DNA from: Octopus bimaculoides
Taxonomy: Eukaryota
Assembly: GCF_001194135.2 (NCBI RefSeq)
Contig: NC_068984.1
Span: 77,038,786 to 77,091,999 of the forward strand
Direction: 5' to 3'
DNA length: 53,214 nt
Part shown: piece by piece, positions 25,544-36,920 of the stretch
Numbering within the stretch: position 1 is the first letter of the stretch
How the letters are laid out: each line of letters begins with the position of its first letter
Notes under the pieces: generated by a model
Seen by the model: only the letters and a program-made list of their open reading frames with translations
What the model was told of the DNA's origin: nothing
Database searches by the model: none
Translations under genes and position numbers: made by a program

Positions 25544-25681
25544 TTGTTGACACTTATTTCACAACCATCGGGGTGCGGAGCGCTCCTCACGACCGCAGGT
25601 TCATGAGTTGGTTGTGATCTGTGAACAGTTTTGAATCGGAACCGGATAGAGTAGTATAAACACGCAATGCGTATGTGCACA
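25544..25681 (-). CDS. Candidate internal exon (138 nt, phase 2-2)
   Basis: Pyrimidine tract + CCAG acceptor, perfect GTAAGT donor, one open frame (VHIRIACLYYSIRFRFK...DGCEISVN), phase-compatible with the 14699 exon. Confidence 0.4.
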
Positions 25682-25818
25682 CTGGATTCGTAAAATGGAA
25701 GAGAGGAATAAAAATGAAGTGCACAAGTCAAACAAACAAGTTATATGATGGCCTGCATGCTTCGTCTGACACAACTATCACGCAGCCTTGCTGCAATTTT
25801 CTTGTTACATGGTTAAGA

Positions 25819-26206
25819 GTGGAGGCGCAGTGGCCCAGTGGTTAGGGCAGCGGACTCGCGGTCATAGGATCGCGGTTTCGATTCCCAGACCGGGCGTTGT
25901 AAGTGTTTATTGAGCGAAAACACATAAAGCTCCACGAGGCTCCGGCAGGGGATGGTGGCGAACCCTGCTGAACTCTTTCACCACAACTTTCTCTCACTCT
26001 TACTTCCTGTTTCTGTTGTGCCTGTAATTCAAAGGGTCAACCTTGTCACATTGTGTCACGCTGAACTTCCCCGAGAACTACGTTAAGGGTACACGTGTCT
26101 GTGGAGTGCTCAGCCACTTGCACGTTAATTTCACGAGCAGGCTGTTCCGTTGATCGGATCAACTGGAACCCTCGACGTCGTAAGCGACGGAGTGCCAACA
26201 ACAACA
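25819..26206 (+). mobile_element. Near-intact tRNA(Arg)-like SINE (family C)
   Basis: A-box TGGCCCAGTGG, anticodon-like CTCGCGG, B-box GGTTTCGATTCCC, (CAA)n tail, perfect 12-bp TSD ACATGGTTAAGA at 25807-25818 and 26207-26218. Confidence 0.93.
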
Positions 26207-27382
26207 ACATGGTTAAGAATTTAGTGGGTGGTTAGGTTGGATGTAGATGTAGAATAGAGGTTTGTTAAGTTTGTGAATATTGTATACGGCTTACCGTAAT
26301 AACAAGAATGTTTACCTTTATAAGGTTCACATCAAGTGAAATTTGTTGAAAGTTATAATTATTCTTTTGCTAGGGAAGACATTTATGCGCTTACTTGTGC
26401 TGTTTGAAGCTATGAATTTCTCATCTCTATACCGATCTACGTTGATGGCATTCATATAGTTTTCCATTTGTTGAACAGGAGAGAGCTTATCAGCTTACCG
26501 CATCAGAGCCAAACAATTGGTTACGAAAATCGTTGCTTCGTAGAGGCTCTTTTGAGAATTTCTTTCCTGTGCTTCATTTAGCCACAGGTTATCTCTGATC
26601 AAGCAGACTACAAGAAAATGCATTCAGGCCGTCTCATTCGCGTGTCTGTTTCAAACACACGATATATATATATATATATATATATATTATTTTCCCTTAT
26701 CACGAATATAAGGCTCGAGTCCCACTTTTTTTACCCTCGCGGGCTTATATGCCCCAGTATTAGACTATTTTCTTTAATCAATACACGGTGATCGCTTAAA
26801 GGCTTTAAGCTTATAAAATATTATTATTTACAATTCATCGAATATATATTTATGTGTGTGTGTGTGTGTGCGTGTGTGTGTGTGTGTGTACGTGTGTGTG
26901 TGGTTTGAAGGTTATGATTATACTATCCAAGATCTAAATTTCGCAACCAAATACCTGTTCACATAAGATACTGTGAAACACTTAAAACAACTAAAATACG
27001 ACAGAAAAGTAAAATTGCTATAACAGATGTGAACGATAGCTGTTAAAAATTTTGCATTCGTTTTCTAACTACTGCAACATGATGTGATCACTAAAATAAC
27101 ATGCAATGCCATTTGCAGGAAAGACAACGTTGGAATAAAACAAAAATATGTTCAGAACATTTAAGTGTCTCAAATATGGAATATTGTTGGAACATTCTCG
27201 TCAAGTCATCCGCCAAATGTGAGCATAACAGGTCTGACATAGGTTTTCGGGACGAAAACTTAAAGTATAATTTCAATAGATCAACAAAATTGTAGATGTG
27301 AACATTTCTTGAGAAATCAGCGAGAAAGAGATTATTTGTGGACAACTGCTTAGCAATGCAGATTTTTATAGAATAATTGTAC

Positions 27383-27417
27383 CTATAATAATCGATGCAT
27401 GTCAACCAAGTAAGAAT
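27383..27417 (-). other. Candidate 35-nt mini-exon
   Basis: T10-CTAG acceptor and AG|GTACAA donor; open as ILTWLTCIDYY. Confidence 0.2.
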
Positions 27418-27600
27418 CTAGAAAAAAAAAAACTAAGTGTTTTCAGTCAAAGAGAGTGACCAGCTAAGCTGCAGTTTACAAATACAATAAAAAGCTACAT
27501 GCGTTAAAGACATGAATAACTACATGTGTTAAAGACATAAATTTTCAGATAGATTAATCTAGCTAACTGACATCCATCTATACCACTTCCGTCAACTTAC

Positions 27601-27677
27601 AGTCTGTGAATCGATCTCAAAGTACAGAATGTATAGCCATGATATCATTCAGTTAAATTGGACTTGGGACTTCGTGT
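27601..27677 (-). other. Candidate 77-nt exon (UTR or non-coding; stops in all three frames in its 5' half)
   Basis: cttttcctccccctatccctcacacAG acceptor and GTAAGT donor. Confidence 0.3.
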
Positions 27678-28216
27678 CTGTGTGAGGGATAGGGGGAGGA
27701 AAAGCATGTGGTTCTCTCTGTAGAAATGTACGCATGTGTTGGTGCGTGCGTGTGTACATATACATATTATATANNNNNNNNNNNNNNNNNNNNNNNNNNN
27801 NNNNNNNNNNNNNNNNNNNNNNNNNNNNNNNNNNNNNNNNNNNNNNNNNNNNNNNNNNNNNNNNNNNNNNNNNNNNNNNNNNNNNNNNNNNNNNNNNNNN
27901 NNNNNNNNNNNNNNNNNNNNNNNNNNNNNNNNNNNNNNNNNNNNNNNNNNNNNNNNNNNNNNNNNNNNNNNNNNNNNNNNNNNNNNNNNNNNNNNNNNNN
28001 NNNNNNNNNNNNNNNNNNNNNNNNNNNNNNNNNNNNNNNNNNNNNNNNNNNNNNNNNNNNNNNNNNNNNNNNNNNNNNNNNNNNNNNNNNNNNNNNNNNN
28101 NNNNNNNNNNNNNNNNNNNNNNNNNNNNNNNNNNNNNNNNNNNNNNNNNNNNNNNNNNNNNNNNNNNNNNNNNNNNNNNNNNNNNNNNNNNNNNNNNNNN
28201 NNNNNNNNNNNNNNNN

Positions 28217-28262
<46 letters not shown>

Positions 28263-28291
28263 GTATATGTATACGTATATATGTATATATA

Positions 28292-28740
28292 CAGGGTGCG
28301 GTGGATATATTGTCATCTAAACTACGCAAAAATGAAAACAACACTGACATCTCATATTAACGGATATATTTGGCAAGATTACATAAAAATATCTTGAAAT
28401 ACCAAAGAGTAAATTTATTCAATAAAGTCGCAATTGACTTCAAACACCGCCTCTAGACGACTTCGGAAACTATTCTGGACGGTCTCCTTGTTTAAGTTGG
28501 TGAACGCTGCTATAATCTTTGCTTTCCGTTCATCTTTGGTATGACAAGGAGTTTTGTTGGTCTCTCGCTCAACTGCGCTCATACATAATAATCCAGGGAG
28601 TTGCAGTGTGGGGAATTAGGTAGCCAATTGTTAGGGGTGATGTGGTCGCAGAAATTGTCTGACAGCCATGACTGGGTTCTCTTGCTTGTGTGGCATGATA
28701 CAGAGTCTTGTTGCTAGACATAGGGTATTCCAGCAGCTAC
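28292..28740 (-). mobile_element. maT (DD37D) Tc1/mariner transposon, 3' half with terminal inverted repeat
   Basis: Minus: QQDSVSCHTSKRTQSWLSDNFCDHITPNNWLPNS..LDYYV..ERETNKTPCHTKDE..FRSRLEAVFEVNCDFIE*; the second-to-third Asp spacing fits DD37D allowing for a frameshift; end TA|CAGGGTGCGGTGGATATATTGTC. Confidence 0.85.
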
Positions 28741-28912
28741 CCTCTTTTTTTTCTCTCCTTGTTTCTTTCTCTGTTCCTTTCTGTGGAAGAGCGTAGGCTC
28801 GAAACGTTAAGGATTTTTTCAGTTCGCGAGCGTTATACTAATACATCTGTTTGTTTCCTACACCACCTGCCTTCATCTTTTGTTTTAATTTTTTGTGAAT
28901 TCTCCCCCCCCC
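28741..28912 (+). mobile_element. PLE pseudo-LTR fragment with decayed hammerhead
   Basis: tccttt-CTGTGGA-A-GAGC-gtag-GCTC-GAAA-CG-TT-AAGGA at 28775-28813: stem II and the AACGTT palindrome are intact, the core is mutated. Confidence 0.6.
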
Positions 28913-29072
28913 NNNNNNNNNNNNNNNNNNNNNNNNNNNNNNNNNNNNNNNNNNNNNNNNNNNNNNNNNNNNNNNNNNNNNNNNNNNNNNNNNNNNNNNN
29001 NNNNNNNNNNNNNNNNNNNNNNNNNNNNNNNNNNNNNNNNNNNNNNNNNNNNNNNNNNNNNNNNNNNNNNNN

Positions 29073-29106
<34 letters not shown>

Positions 29107-29499
29107 CATAAATGTACGTGCGCATAAAAACAGATTCTAGTAGATTCTACCTCAATCATCTATAGTGCTTATAGTACCCTTATACTTTCACACAAAGAAA
29201 ATCAAACGCTATTCTATCATTTTTGAGATGTATTGTACGCATTAAGTCTTTGCGTGGGTACCAGTGTACGCGTAGAGAAAGAATGAGAGCGGAGTAGAGG
29301 AAAATGTTGAAAGATGAGTGTCGAGAACTAACCACTATACCGAAATTACATAAACTTATTTACAGGCTGAAGATATTTTCTATAGTTAGAATCATTTCCT
29401 TCCAGTCTTTCGCTAAACGGTTAAAAATAGTAGCAGTACATTCAATCTGATCTCATTTCGCTTATCTCGATATCAGCAATCGTTGTCGTTTCTTAGCAG

Positions 29500-29603
29500 C
29501 TCTTTCTCTCTCTCCCTCTTTCTCTCTCTCCCTCTTTCTCTCTCTCCCTCTTTCTCTCTCTCCCTCTTTCTCTCTCTCCCTCTTTCTCTCTCTCCTTCTT
29601 TCT
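29500..29603. repeat. 18-bp-period CT-rich tandem repeat
   Basis: tctttctctctctccctc repeated about 5-6 times. Confidence 0.85.
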
Positions 29604-29614
29604 NNNNNNNNNNN

Positions 29615-29656
<42 letters not shown>

Positions 29657-30721
29657 CATAGTTTTATATATATATATATATATATACATACACACTTATA
29701 TATGTATATATACATATACATATATATATGTGCATGTATACATACATGTGTATATCTTCACACCCACACATTGATATGCAAATAATTAATATATAAATAT
29801 AGCTATATACATACATACATACATACATACATTCGATCATATACATACATACGTGCATATACATATATGTGTCTGTGTATGTGTGCGTGTATGCACATGC
29901 TCACAGTGAAAACTATAACGATACACAACATTACGCGTGTATGCATATATATGCACAGACTTAAACTACACAAACACTCACAGATTGACACAATCACGCG
30001 CTAGATTGACTGTAAATTAAGGAGCTCTAACAGTAATTAAGTGTACGTTATTATTCATATATATATATATATATATAACTGAACGAATGTGTTGGTGTAA
30101 TTGCATTATTGTCAGTATTAAGATGTACGTGCTGACGCATATTTCTTTGTATCAGCTTTTACATATTTTAATCGGCAGAAATATACAAGAGTGACTCAAG
30201 GCCTGAATGTTTCGTACATGGTACATTATAAATATCCATGCTTGCATGTTTATACGTTTATATATATGGGAATTTAGATGACACGACTAGAAGATTGTAC
30301 CCTAGCATATCCTTGGCCCTGATGGCTGGCTATAACGAAGTTAAGGCTAAACACTACAGATAATTCTATTTTGAGCTGAGAGCCAGTTCAAAAATAATCT
30401 GCAGTAGTTTCCGGTAACATAATTTTTTGTAATTATATGTATATATCTATATATGTGTGTGTGTGTTTGTGTGTGCGTGTGTATGTATGTGCGTGAATGT
30501 GTGTGGGTGTAGTTTCGTGTATGTATGATATGGTCACACTCACATGCATACATACACGCAGACGCAGTAATTATAATAGAAATAAATAACTCGTAAATGT
30601 TACGAAAATACTTTCTTCGTGTTAAACATCTTAGGTAGATAAACATAAATTGACTTCATGTTTATAGCTCATATAATGAAACGTAATGATAACTTGTTTG
30701 TCTCTCGCTTTAACTTTCAAC

Positions 30722-30768
<47 letters not shown>

Positions 30769-31928
30769 ATTCTATCTGTGTCTCTGTCTGTCTGTCTCTC
30801 TCTCTCTCAGTCTCCCCCCCTCTCTCTCTCTCTATCTATCTCTCTCTCTATATATATACATATATATATATGTAAGTATCTGTAAAGTATCGAATGACTG
30901 AGTCAGAAGAATTTTTTGATTGTTTAAGACATGCAAACTATCAACGTGTCTGAAAGCGACTAACTGTTAACACGCCATTATAGTGCGCCGCTGGAAAAAT
31001 GTATCAGTACTTATATATATTGTTCCGTGCATCGTAAAATTTTTGCCATTTGTAGGTAATACTGCTACAACTCTTTCTGTTGTTATAAACTGAAGAAGGA
31101 TGACGACCAACTTGGCTTGTTCTAGATTCTCTAAGCTAAGATAAAGTTTATCGTCCAACTTTATGTCGAAATTGATTATATTATCACTATGTCATGCACT
31201 ATCTGTATATATCGCGAAACTTGTCCAACGAATTAGAAAGTGCATTTGCATCGTAAGTCTTTCACGTCAATGTCGCCATCTTGTTCACTTTGAATCAACA
31301 TCCATTCCCCCCGACACACAAACAGATATACATACATATATATATATAATCAGCAGATGAGATCCAGAGATTCTCAGTATAGAAAACACTAGCGCTCAAA
31401 TGATTCGGACATGGACGTCGGTATCTTTACGAGGGACTCATTTCGTGGAGTAAAGATGGCTATAAGAGGAATCCAGGTGAGCAGATACGGAGGCAATTAC
31501 GCGGATAAACAAATTAAATATAACAGTTTCAGTTTGATATACAACATGTGTCTGTGTGTGATTTTCAGACGATAAATATTTAAGTCTATATTTATATATT
31601 AATTGATCAATCTTACACAGAACACAAACTATTGTAAAGTTGTTACAAGGTCCAGCCGCTGTTTCTGGGGTCTCGGATATTCATCGTAATGTTGGTAGAT
31701 GTAGTTCACCAGAATATGCAACCAAGCTCAATTTATCCAATGCCTATTTGCTTCTATTACTGGCTCTATTACTTTCATTATAACCAGATGCATGTGTGTG
31801 TGTGTGTGCGTGTGTGTGTGTATAATATCTGTGTATTATCTTAATTTTAGTATATCATCAATAAACATCTAATTAGCTGGTCTGCCTACCATACTAAGCA
31901 CTGCTGTCATAGCTGACTAGCTTGTAGA

Positions 31929-32480
31929 ATGCAGTCGGGACGTGAAGTTAATTTGGAAGCTTGCTATGTAATACAATTTCGTGTTAAATCGGGCAGAAGC
32001 GCTGCAGAAACTTATGAAATGCTCTAGACCGCTTATGGATTAACTTGTATGAGCCGACTATCCATTATTCGGTGGCACAAGAGGCCAGGAAAAGCATGGT
32101 CACCGGGCAGCTCATGACGATACCTTTTCTCAACGGTTAGCCCATCATCTTCATTCACAGGGTTCCCTTTGTCCACACGGTGAACAAAGAGTAATTTGTG
32201 GAAGTTTTGAGGGAGTTCAGGAAGACACCTCTTCTCAAAAAACCCAGAGTACTTGTACTAGAAGAATGCACCAGTCCACAATTCCATCGCGGCAGCTGAC
32301 TACTCGACAGAGATGGGCATCAAAAGTGACTGTGATCCTCCCTAAAGGCCAGACCTTGTTCTCTGTGACAAGGGGCCTGAACATCTTCACTTTGAAGGAC
32401 TTCTATGTGGCCTGGAACACTGAAACACAACAATTGCACTGAAGTCAGAGGATCGTATATTGAAAGAGTCGAAGGTTTTG
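31929..32480 (+). pseudogene. Decayed, internally deleted mariner transposase
   Basis: YVIQFRVKSGRSAAETYEML*TAYG..MSRLSIIRWHKR (HTH N-terminus); TVNKE*FVEVLREFRK; NAPVHNS..TEMGIK..PP...PDL..CD (DD34D region); YIE near the end. Confidence 0.85.
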
Positions 32481-32513
32481 TACATTTTTGTGCCTGTATA
32501 TATATATGTGTGT

Positions 32514-32765
32514 GGAGGCGCTTCGCTTAGTGGTTAGGGTGTCAGCATCATGATCGTAAGATTGTGGTTTCGATTCCTAGACCGGGCGACCCGTTGTGTT
32601 TTTGAGCAAAACACTTCATTTCACGTTGCTCTAGTCCACTCAGCTGGCAAAAATGAGTAACGCTGCGATGGACTGGAGTCCCGTCCAGCTGGGGAATACA
32701 TACGCCATTGAAATCGGAAAACTGGGCCCATGAGCCTGGCTAGGCTTTAAAAGGGCGCATTTATT
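32514..32765 (+). mobile_element. tRNA-derived SINE (family D) with V-domain-like core
   Basis: A-box-like cgcttagtgg, B-box ggtttcgattcc, tttgagcaaaacact, and gcgatggactggagtcccgtccag similar to the V-SINE core. Confidence 0.75.
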
Positions 32766-33530
32766 ATATATAAATATANNNNNNNNNNNNNNNNNNNNNN
32801 NNNNNNNNNNNNNNNNNNNNNNNNNNNNNNNNNNNNNNNNNNNNNNNNNNNNNNNNNNNNNNNNNNNNNNNNNNNNNNNNNNNNNNNNNNNNNNNNNNNN
32901 NNNNNNNNNNNNNNNNNNNNNNNNNNNNNNNNNNNNNNNNNNNNNNNNNNNNNNNNNNNNNNNNNNNNNNNNNNNNNNNNNNNNNNNNNNNNNNNNNNNN
33001 NNNNNNNNNNNNNNNNNNNNNNNNNNNNNNNNNNCACACACACACACATATATATATATATTTATTGCTATTTGATTTGTATTATTATAAAACCTTGACA
33101 CTTTTCCTTGTACTAAATTTTGCTTAAACGTACAGATTTTTATACTTATACTTATTTTATCGTATTTTCAAATATTAGGATACATTTTTTTAAAGTTACC
33201 TGACCTGAAGAGTGTCCTCATTATGAGTTGTATATATCTTGATCGATTCATTGTAGATTGACCAGATATTTTCCACTTTTATGTGGCCATGAAACGTGCG
33301 TAGTGTTTCAGCCACTTTTGTTTTTAAACTTACTAAATTTCTTTTTACATATTATTGATTGTTGCATAAGGATTGTTAGATTTACCAATTATACATGAGG
33401 ATTTACTTGAGATTTGTATTCTACGTACATTTACTGTTATCTACTTGTTGGAAATTTAACCTTATTCTTTAAAACTGAGTGCTTACTTGATATCTGCCAG
33501 GATTTTTTAATCCTATGTTTTCTTCTATAA

Positions 33531-33628
<98 letters not shown>

Positions 33629-33871
33629 ACACATATATATATATATACACATATATATATATAGGTTTTGAATGATAGTGGTGTCAATTAGACCCAGAGG
33701 TTTCAGGTAATGCCGTGTAAGTGCAATGTATAGACCATAGTTAAGCTTCAGGTTCGGTGATTATGCGAATAAGGGGTCCAACATAGGTCATGTATCAGCG
33801 TGTGAATATACTTTTCGTAATGAGATAAAAAACCAAGGCTGTGTACATTATAGAACATTTATAAATAGAGG

Positions 33872-33919
33872 ATCTGACAGCTGTTTCCAGAATATTTATT
33901 ATATCCCTTCGTCGGAGAC
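33872..33919 (-). ncRNA. Hammerhead-like motif, U4C variant
   Basis: GTCT-CCGACGA-A-GGGATA-taataaa-TATTCT-G-GAAA-CAGCTG-TC-AGAT: 4-bp stem I, palindromic ACAGCTGT, GUC triplet. Confidence 0.5.
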
Positions 33920-34283
33920 AGTGTCAGAGGATGGTTTAGCAATAGTTAATTTAGATTAGGAAATAGAGAATGAAAGCAGGGATATTGTATTTTTAAACCA
34001 TTGTTTAGGGAGAATAGTATACATATAAGATTCCAATACCACGAGAGCAAAATCCAATAGTCACAAGGTATAGGAATCTTATATGTATACCATTCTGCCT
34101 AAACAATGGATTTACAAATACAATATCCCTGCATTCACTCTCTATTTCCTATCTTATCTAAATTAACTATTGCTTAATCATCCTCTCACACCATCTCCGA
34201 TGAAGAGATATAATTATCCTNNNNNNNNNNCTCTATTTCCTATCTTATCTAAATTAACTATTGCTTAATCATCCTCTCACACC

Positions 34284-34328
34284 ATCTCCGATGAAGAGAT
34301 ATAATTATCCTGGAAACAGCTTTAAGAC
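34284..34328 (+). ncRNA. Hammerhead-like motif, U4C variant, partly decayed
   Basis: ATCT-CCGATGA-A-GAGATA-taat-TATCCT-G-GAAA-CAGCTT-TA-AGAC. Confidence 0.4.
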
Positions 34329-34401
34329 CTATTTATAAATGTTCTATAATATACACAGCCTTTTTTTTTGTTTTTTATCTCATTACGAAAAGTAAATCCG
34401 C

Positions 34402-34446
<45 letters not shown>

Positions 34447-34449
<3 letters not shown>

Positions 34450-34603
34450 GACAAGCTTCTACAGTGTTTCTGTCTATCAAATTCACTCACAACGAACTGG
34501 ATTACAATAGAAGACATTTAGCTACTCAATATGCCGTGCTGTGGGACTGAACCTGAAACTACTTGGTTGAAAAGCGACCTTCTTAATAAAACAGTGATGC
34601 CTG
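34447..34603 (-). mobile_element. Decayed SINE family A 5' half
   Basis: acgacaagcttct..tctatcaaattcactcacaa..atagaagacat..gtgggactgaacctgaaac. Confidence 0.65.
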
Positions 34604-35429
34604 ATAAATATGTAATATAGCACTATTGTAAAATGGAAGACGTATCTTCGTTAAATGATATTTGGAAACAACTCGGCGAGGTTTGATTGGTTTTGCGTCA
34701 TTTTAGCAAAATATCCAGTAGTTTGCTCCAGAGTAAAGCAGCTTAGAGCTACATAATTATTATGTGTAAAAGGCGCCGATATTAACCATTAGTATATTAG
34801 TACAATTACTAAATTGCTAAGAGGCAGCGTGTGTTTTGAATAATTGAAAGTTCACACATGTATATATATTAAGCATATGTCCAGCCCCTCTCAGTAAAAC
34901 ATACGCTGTGGTTCAACCACATAGTTCCCTTGGCGCCTATTATTTACAACATTTCTCGTAAGTAGTTTTTAGTTACTTCCTCTGTGTAAAACGAACTTGA
35001 TTAGTCACTCTTGATAAGACGACACTGTATAGTCAGAAACAGTAGAGCTGTTGTTTGGTTTGTCCAGTAGAGAGAGATTTGTGGTCTAACTGCTGAGTTT
35101 TATCAACACACTAATGTTGAATACATGCCTATTAAATATACGCATGTGAAGCTACACCCCCGCACGTGTTTGAGCAAGCACAACTGTTACGTTTTAGTAT
35201 CGTGTTTCTTCACGAAATGTATACTAATTTGTGGTACGTCTTACAAAAGGTCTTTACAAACAATTATAAACAATTCTCAGATAATCACGCTGTCATGTAT
35301 TTTCTATATTTATGTTTTAATACGTCAGCCTAATAAGGCGGCGAGCAGGGAGAATCATTAAAACGCCGGGTAAAATGCACAGTGTTAATTCGCCCATCAT
35401 TACGTAATATTGCAACCACATCGTTTAGA

Positions 35430-35543
35430 GTCCACTTTGTGCGGCTCCTTGAGCAAGTGTCTTTTACTATATATAGCCTCGGGCTGATGAATGCTTTCTA
35501 AGTGAATTTAGTAGAAAAAACCTGTGTGGAAACCCGTCGTATA
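35430..35543 (+). mobile_element. Decayed SINE family A 5' fragment
   Basis: ccttgagcaagtgtcttttacta..agcctcgggc..gaaacccgtcgtata. Confidence 0.6.
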
Positions 35544-35569
35544 AGGATATAAATATATATTTTTTGTTT

Positions 35570-35790
35570 TTATTTGTTTCTGTCATTAGAATGCTGGCAA
35601 GCTGGGGCACCACCTTGACGAACCTTTAGTCGAATGAATTGATCCCAGTACTTATTCTTTTAAGCTGCTATTCATTCTATGGGGTTCTGTTGCCGAGTCG
35701 CTAAGTTCCGTGGATGTAAACACCGGTCGTCGAGCGATGGTGGAGGACGGACACACACACACTCACAACACACACACACACACACACACA
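35570..35790 (-). mobile_element. SINE family A 3' half
   Basis: gctggggcaccacc..tttagtcga..gatcccagtacttattcttt..gctaagttccgtggatgtaaacacc..gagcgatgg. Confidence 0.7.
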
Positions 35791-36599
35791 NNNNNNNNNN
35801 NNNNNNNNNNNNNNNNNNNNNNNNNNNNNNNNNNNNNNNNNNNNNNNNNNNNNNNNNNNNNNNNNNNNNNNGTATCATATATCCATTACGGCCGATCGTA
35901 GCAATCGGTTTCGTGCTTGGGATTCAACGGAGTGTTAAGTAACAATCTGATTATGTAATCCTAAGCTCACCAGAGGTAACCGGTATGGAATGAAATATGG
36001 CGACTGCTCTCTATTGTTGGAAGCGAATAGACACATCTGGTTTGAGGTTGTTGTGAAAAAGGATGATGAAACGAAACGAATAGGGGATTAATTTAAGAGC
36101 TATGTCCCCTGGTACCAAAACATCGCCACTGGGCTGGTTATTTTCCAAGTTGGTAAGAGTTATCTTGTAGTGTTTTTGGGAAATGTGTGCGTCCTTAAGG
36201 CTGGTGCTCTAATGGAAACGGAATATACGTAGTGGTACTATATATATAACCTTTGCAGGAGGTGTGGGTATACACCTGTGTTCGTTTGTGAGTTTTCTTT
36301 CTTTAATGTATTGGTTAAGTTCCTGGGGCCTTTATGTGTGGACGCGGTGTGCGTAGCGCTACAATGTGTGTATGAGTATATATTTGGAGTGGAGGAAAAC
36401 AGTCTATTTGATAGATGTTCGCTGTGTTGGGGCGTGCGTGTTTGTATGTAGGTACTTTAGTGTATGCTCTGGTCCAACTCCCAGGCTCCAGAGTATTGTA
36501 GTCATGATGTGGCACGCAAGTATGATAGAATGTACTTCCTTTCATGTAGGAAGGATTAAAAATTTCGCTTATGCTATTCAGGTCAATGCCTGGGTGCTC

Positions 36600-36920
36600 T
36601 TTTAGATCGCTCTTTTCTCAGACAGGCATAACCTGTACTTTCTGCTGCTTTTGAAGTACGGTTTACATTTCTCTAGAATCTTCCACTTTATGCCGTATTC
36701 CGTGGCGACTTCTTTCAAAGACCAAACGTGCTTGGCCAGGGTTGTAATGTTACGTCTCTCCGGGATGTTGAAGGAGAACTTGTAGTTGTTATAGCGAGTT
36801 CTGAAGGGACTTTCAGTTGCTCCCAGATACTTTCCCACGTTTACTTACCCATTTGTTCCTATGGCTGTTGCCTCTGCGCCTCGTATACGACGGTCTCCGT
36901 GTTATAGTGACCGTATGTAT
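36600..36920 (-). pseudogene. Second PLE fragment: GIY-YIG endonuclease / C-terminus
   Basis: TETVVYEAQ...KYLGATESPFRTRYNNYKFSF...TTLAKHVWSLKE..IKWKILEKCKPY..YRLCLSEKRAI; 36000-36600 is probably its 3' UTR. Confidence 0.8.

Larger units (their letters stand above)
33835..34362. mobile_element. About 450-bp palindromic element (528 bp including an assembly duplication) with outward-facing hammerhead-like motifs
   Basis: Arms 33835-34040 and 34067-34362; 26-nt spacer; 81 bp duplicated across the 10-N gap. Confidence 0.88.

Noticed and set aside
25819-25895. tRNA-Arg gene (and other tRNA-like heads at 32514, 42663, 37086, 3470)
   Set aside because: No proper acceptor stem; each continues into a SINE body, and this one has a tail and TSD.
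34140-34311. Perfect 81-bp tandem duplication that would place two hammerhead halves in tandem
   Set aside because: The copies are identical and flank a 10-N gap, the typical pattern of unmerged overlapping contig ends.
35880-35935. Minus-strand CCGTTGA...GAAAC-CGAT-loop-ATCGG as a hammerhead of the 36.6-kb PLE
   Set aside because: No stem II or stem I pairing and no valid NUH triplet.
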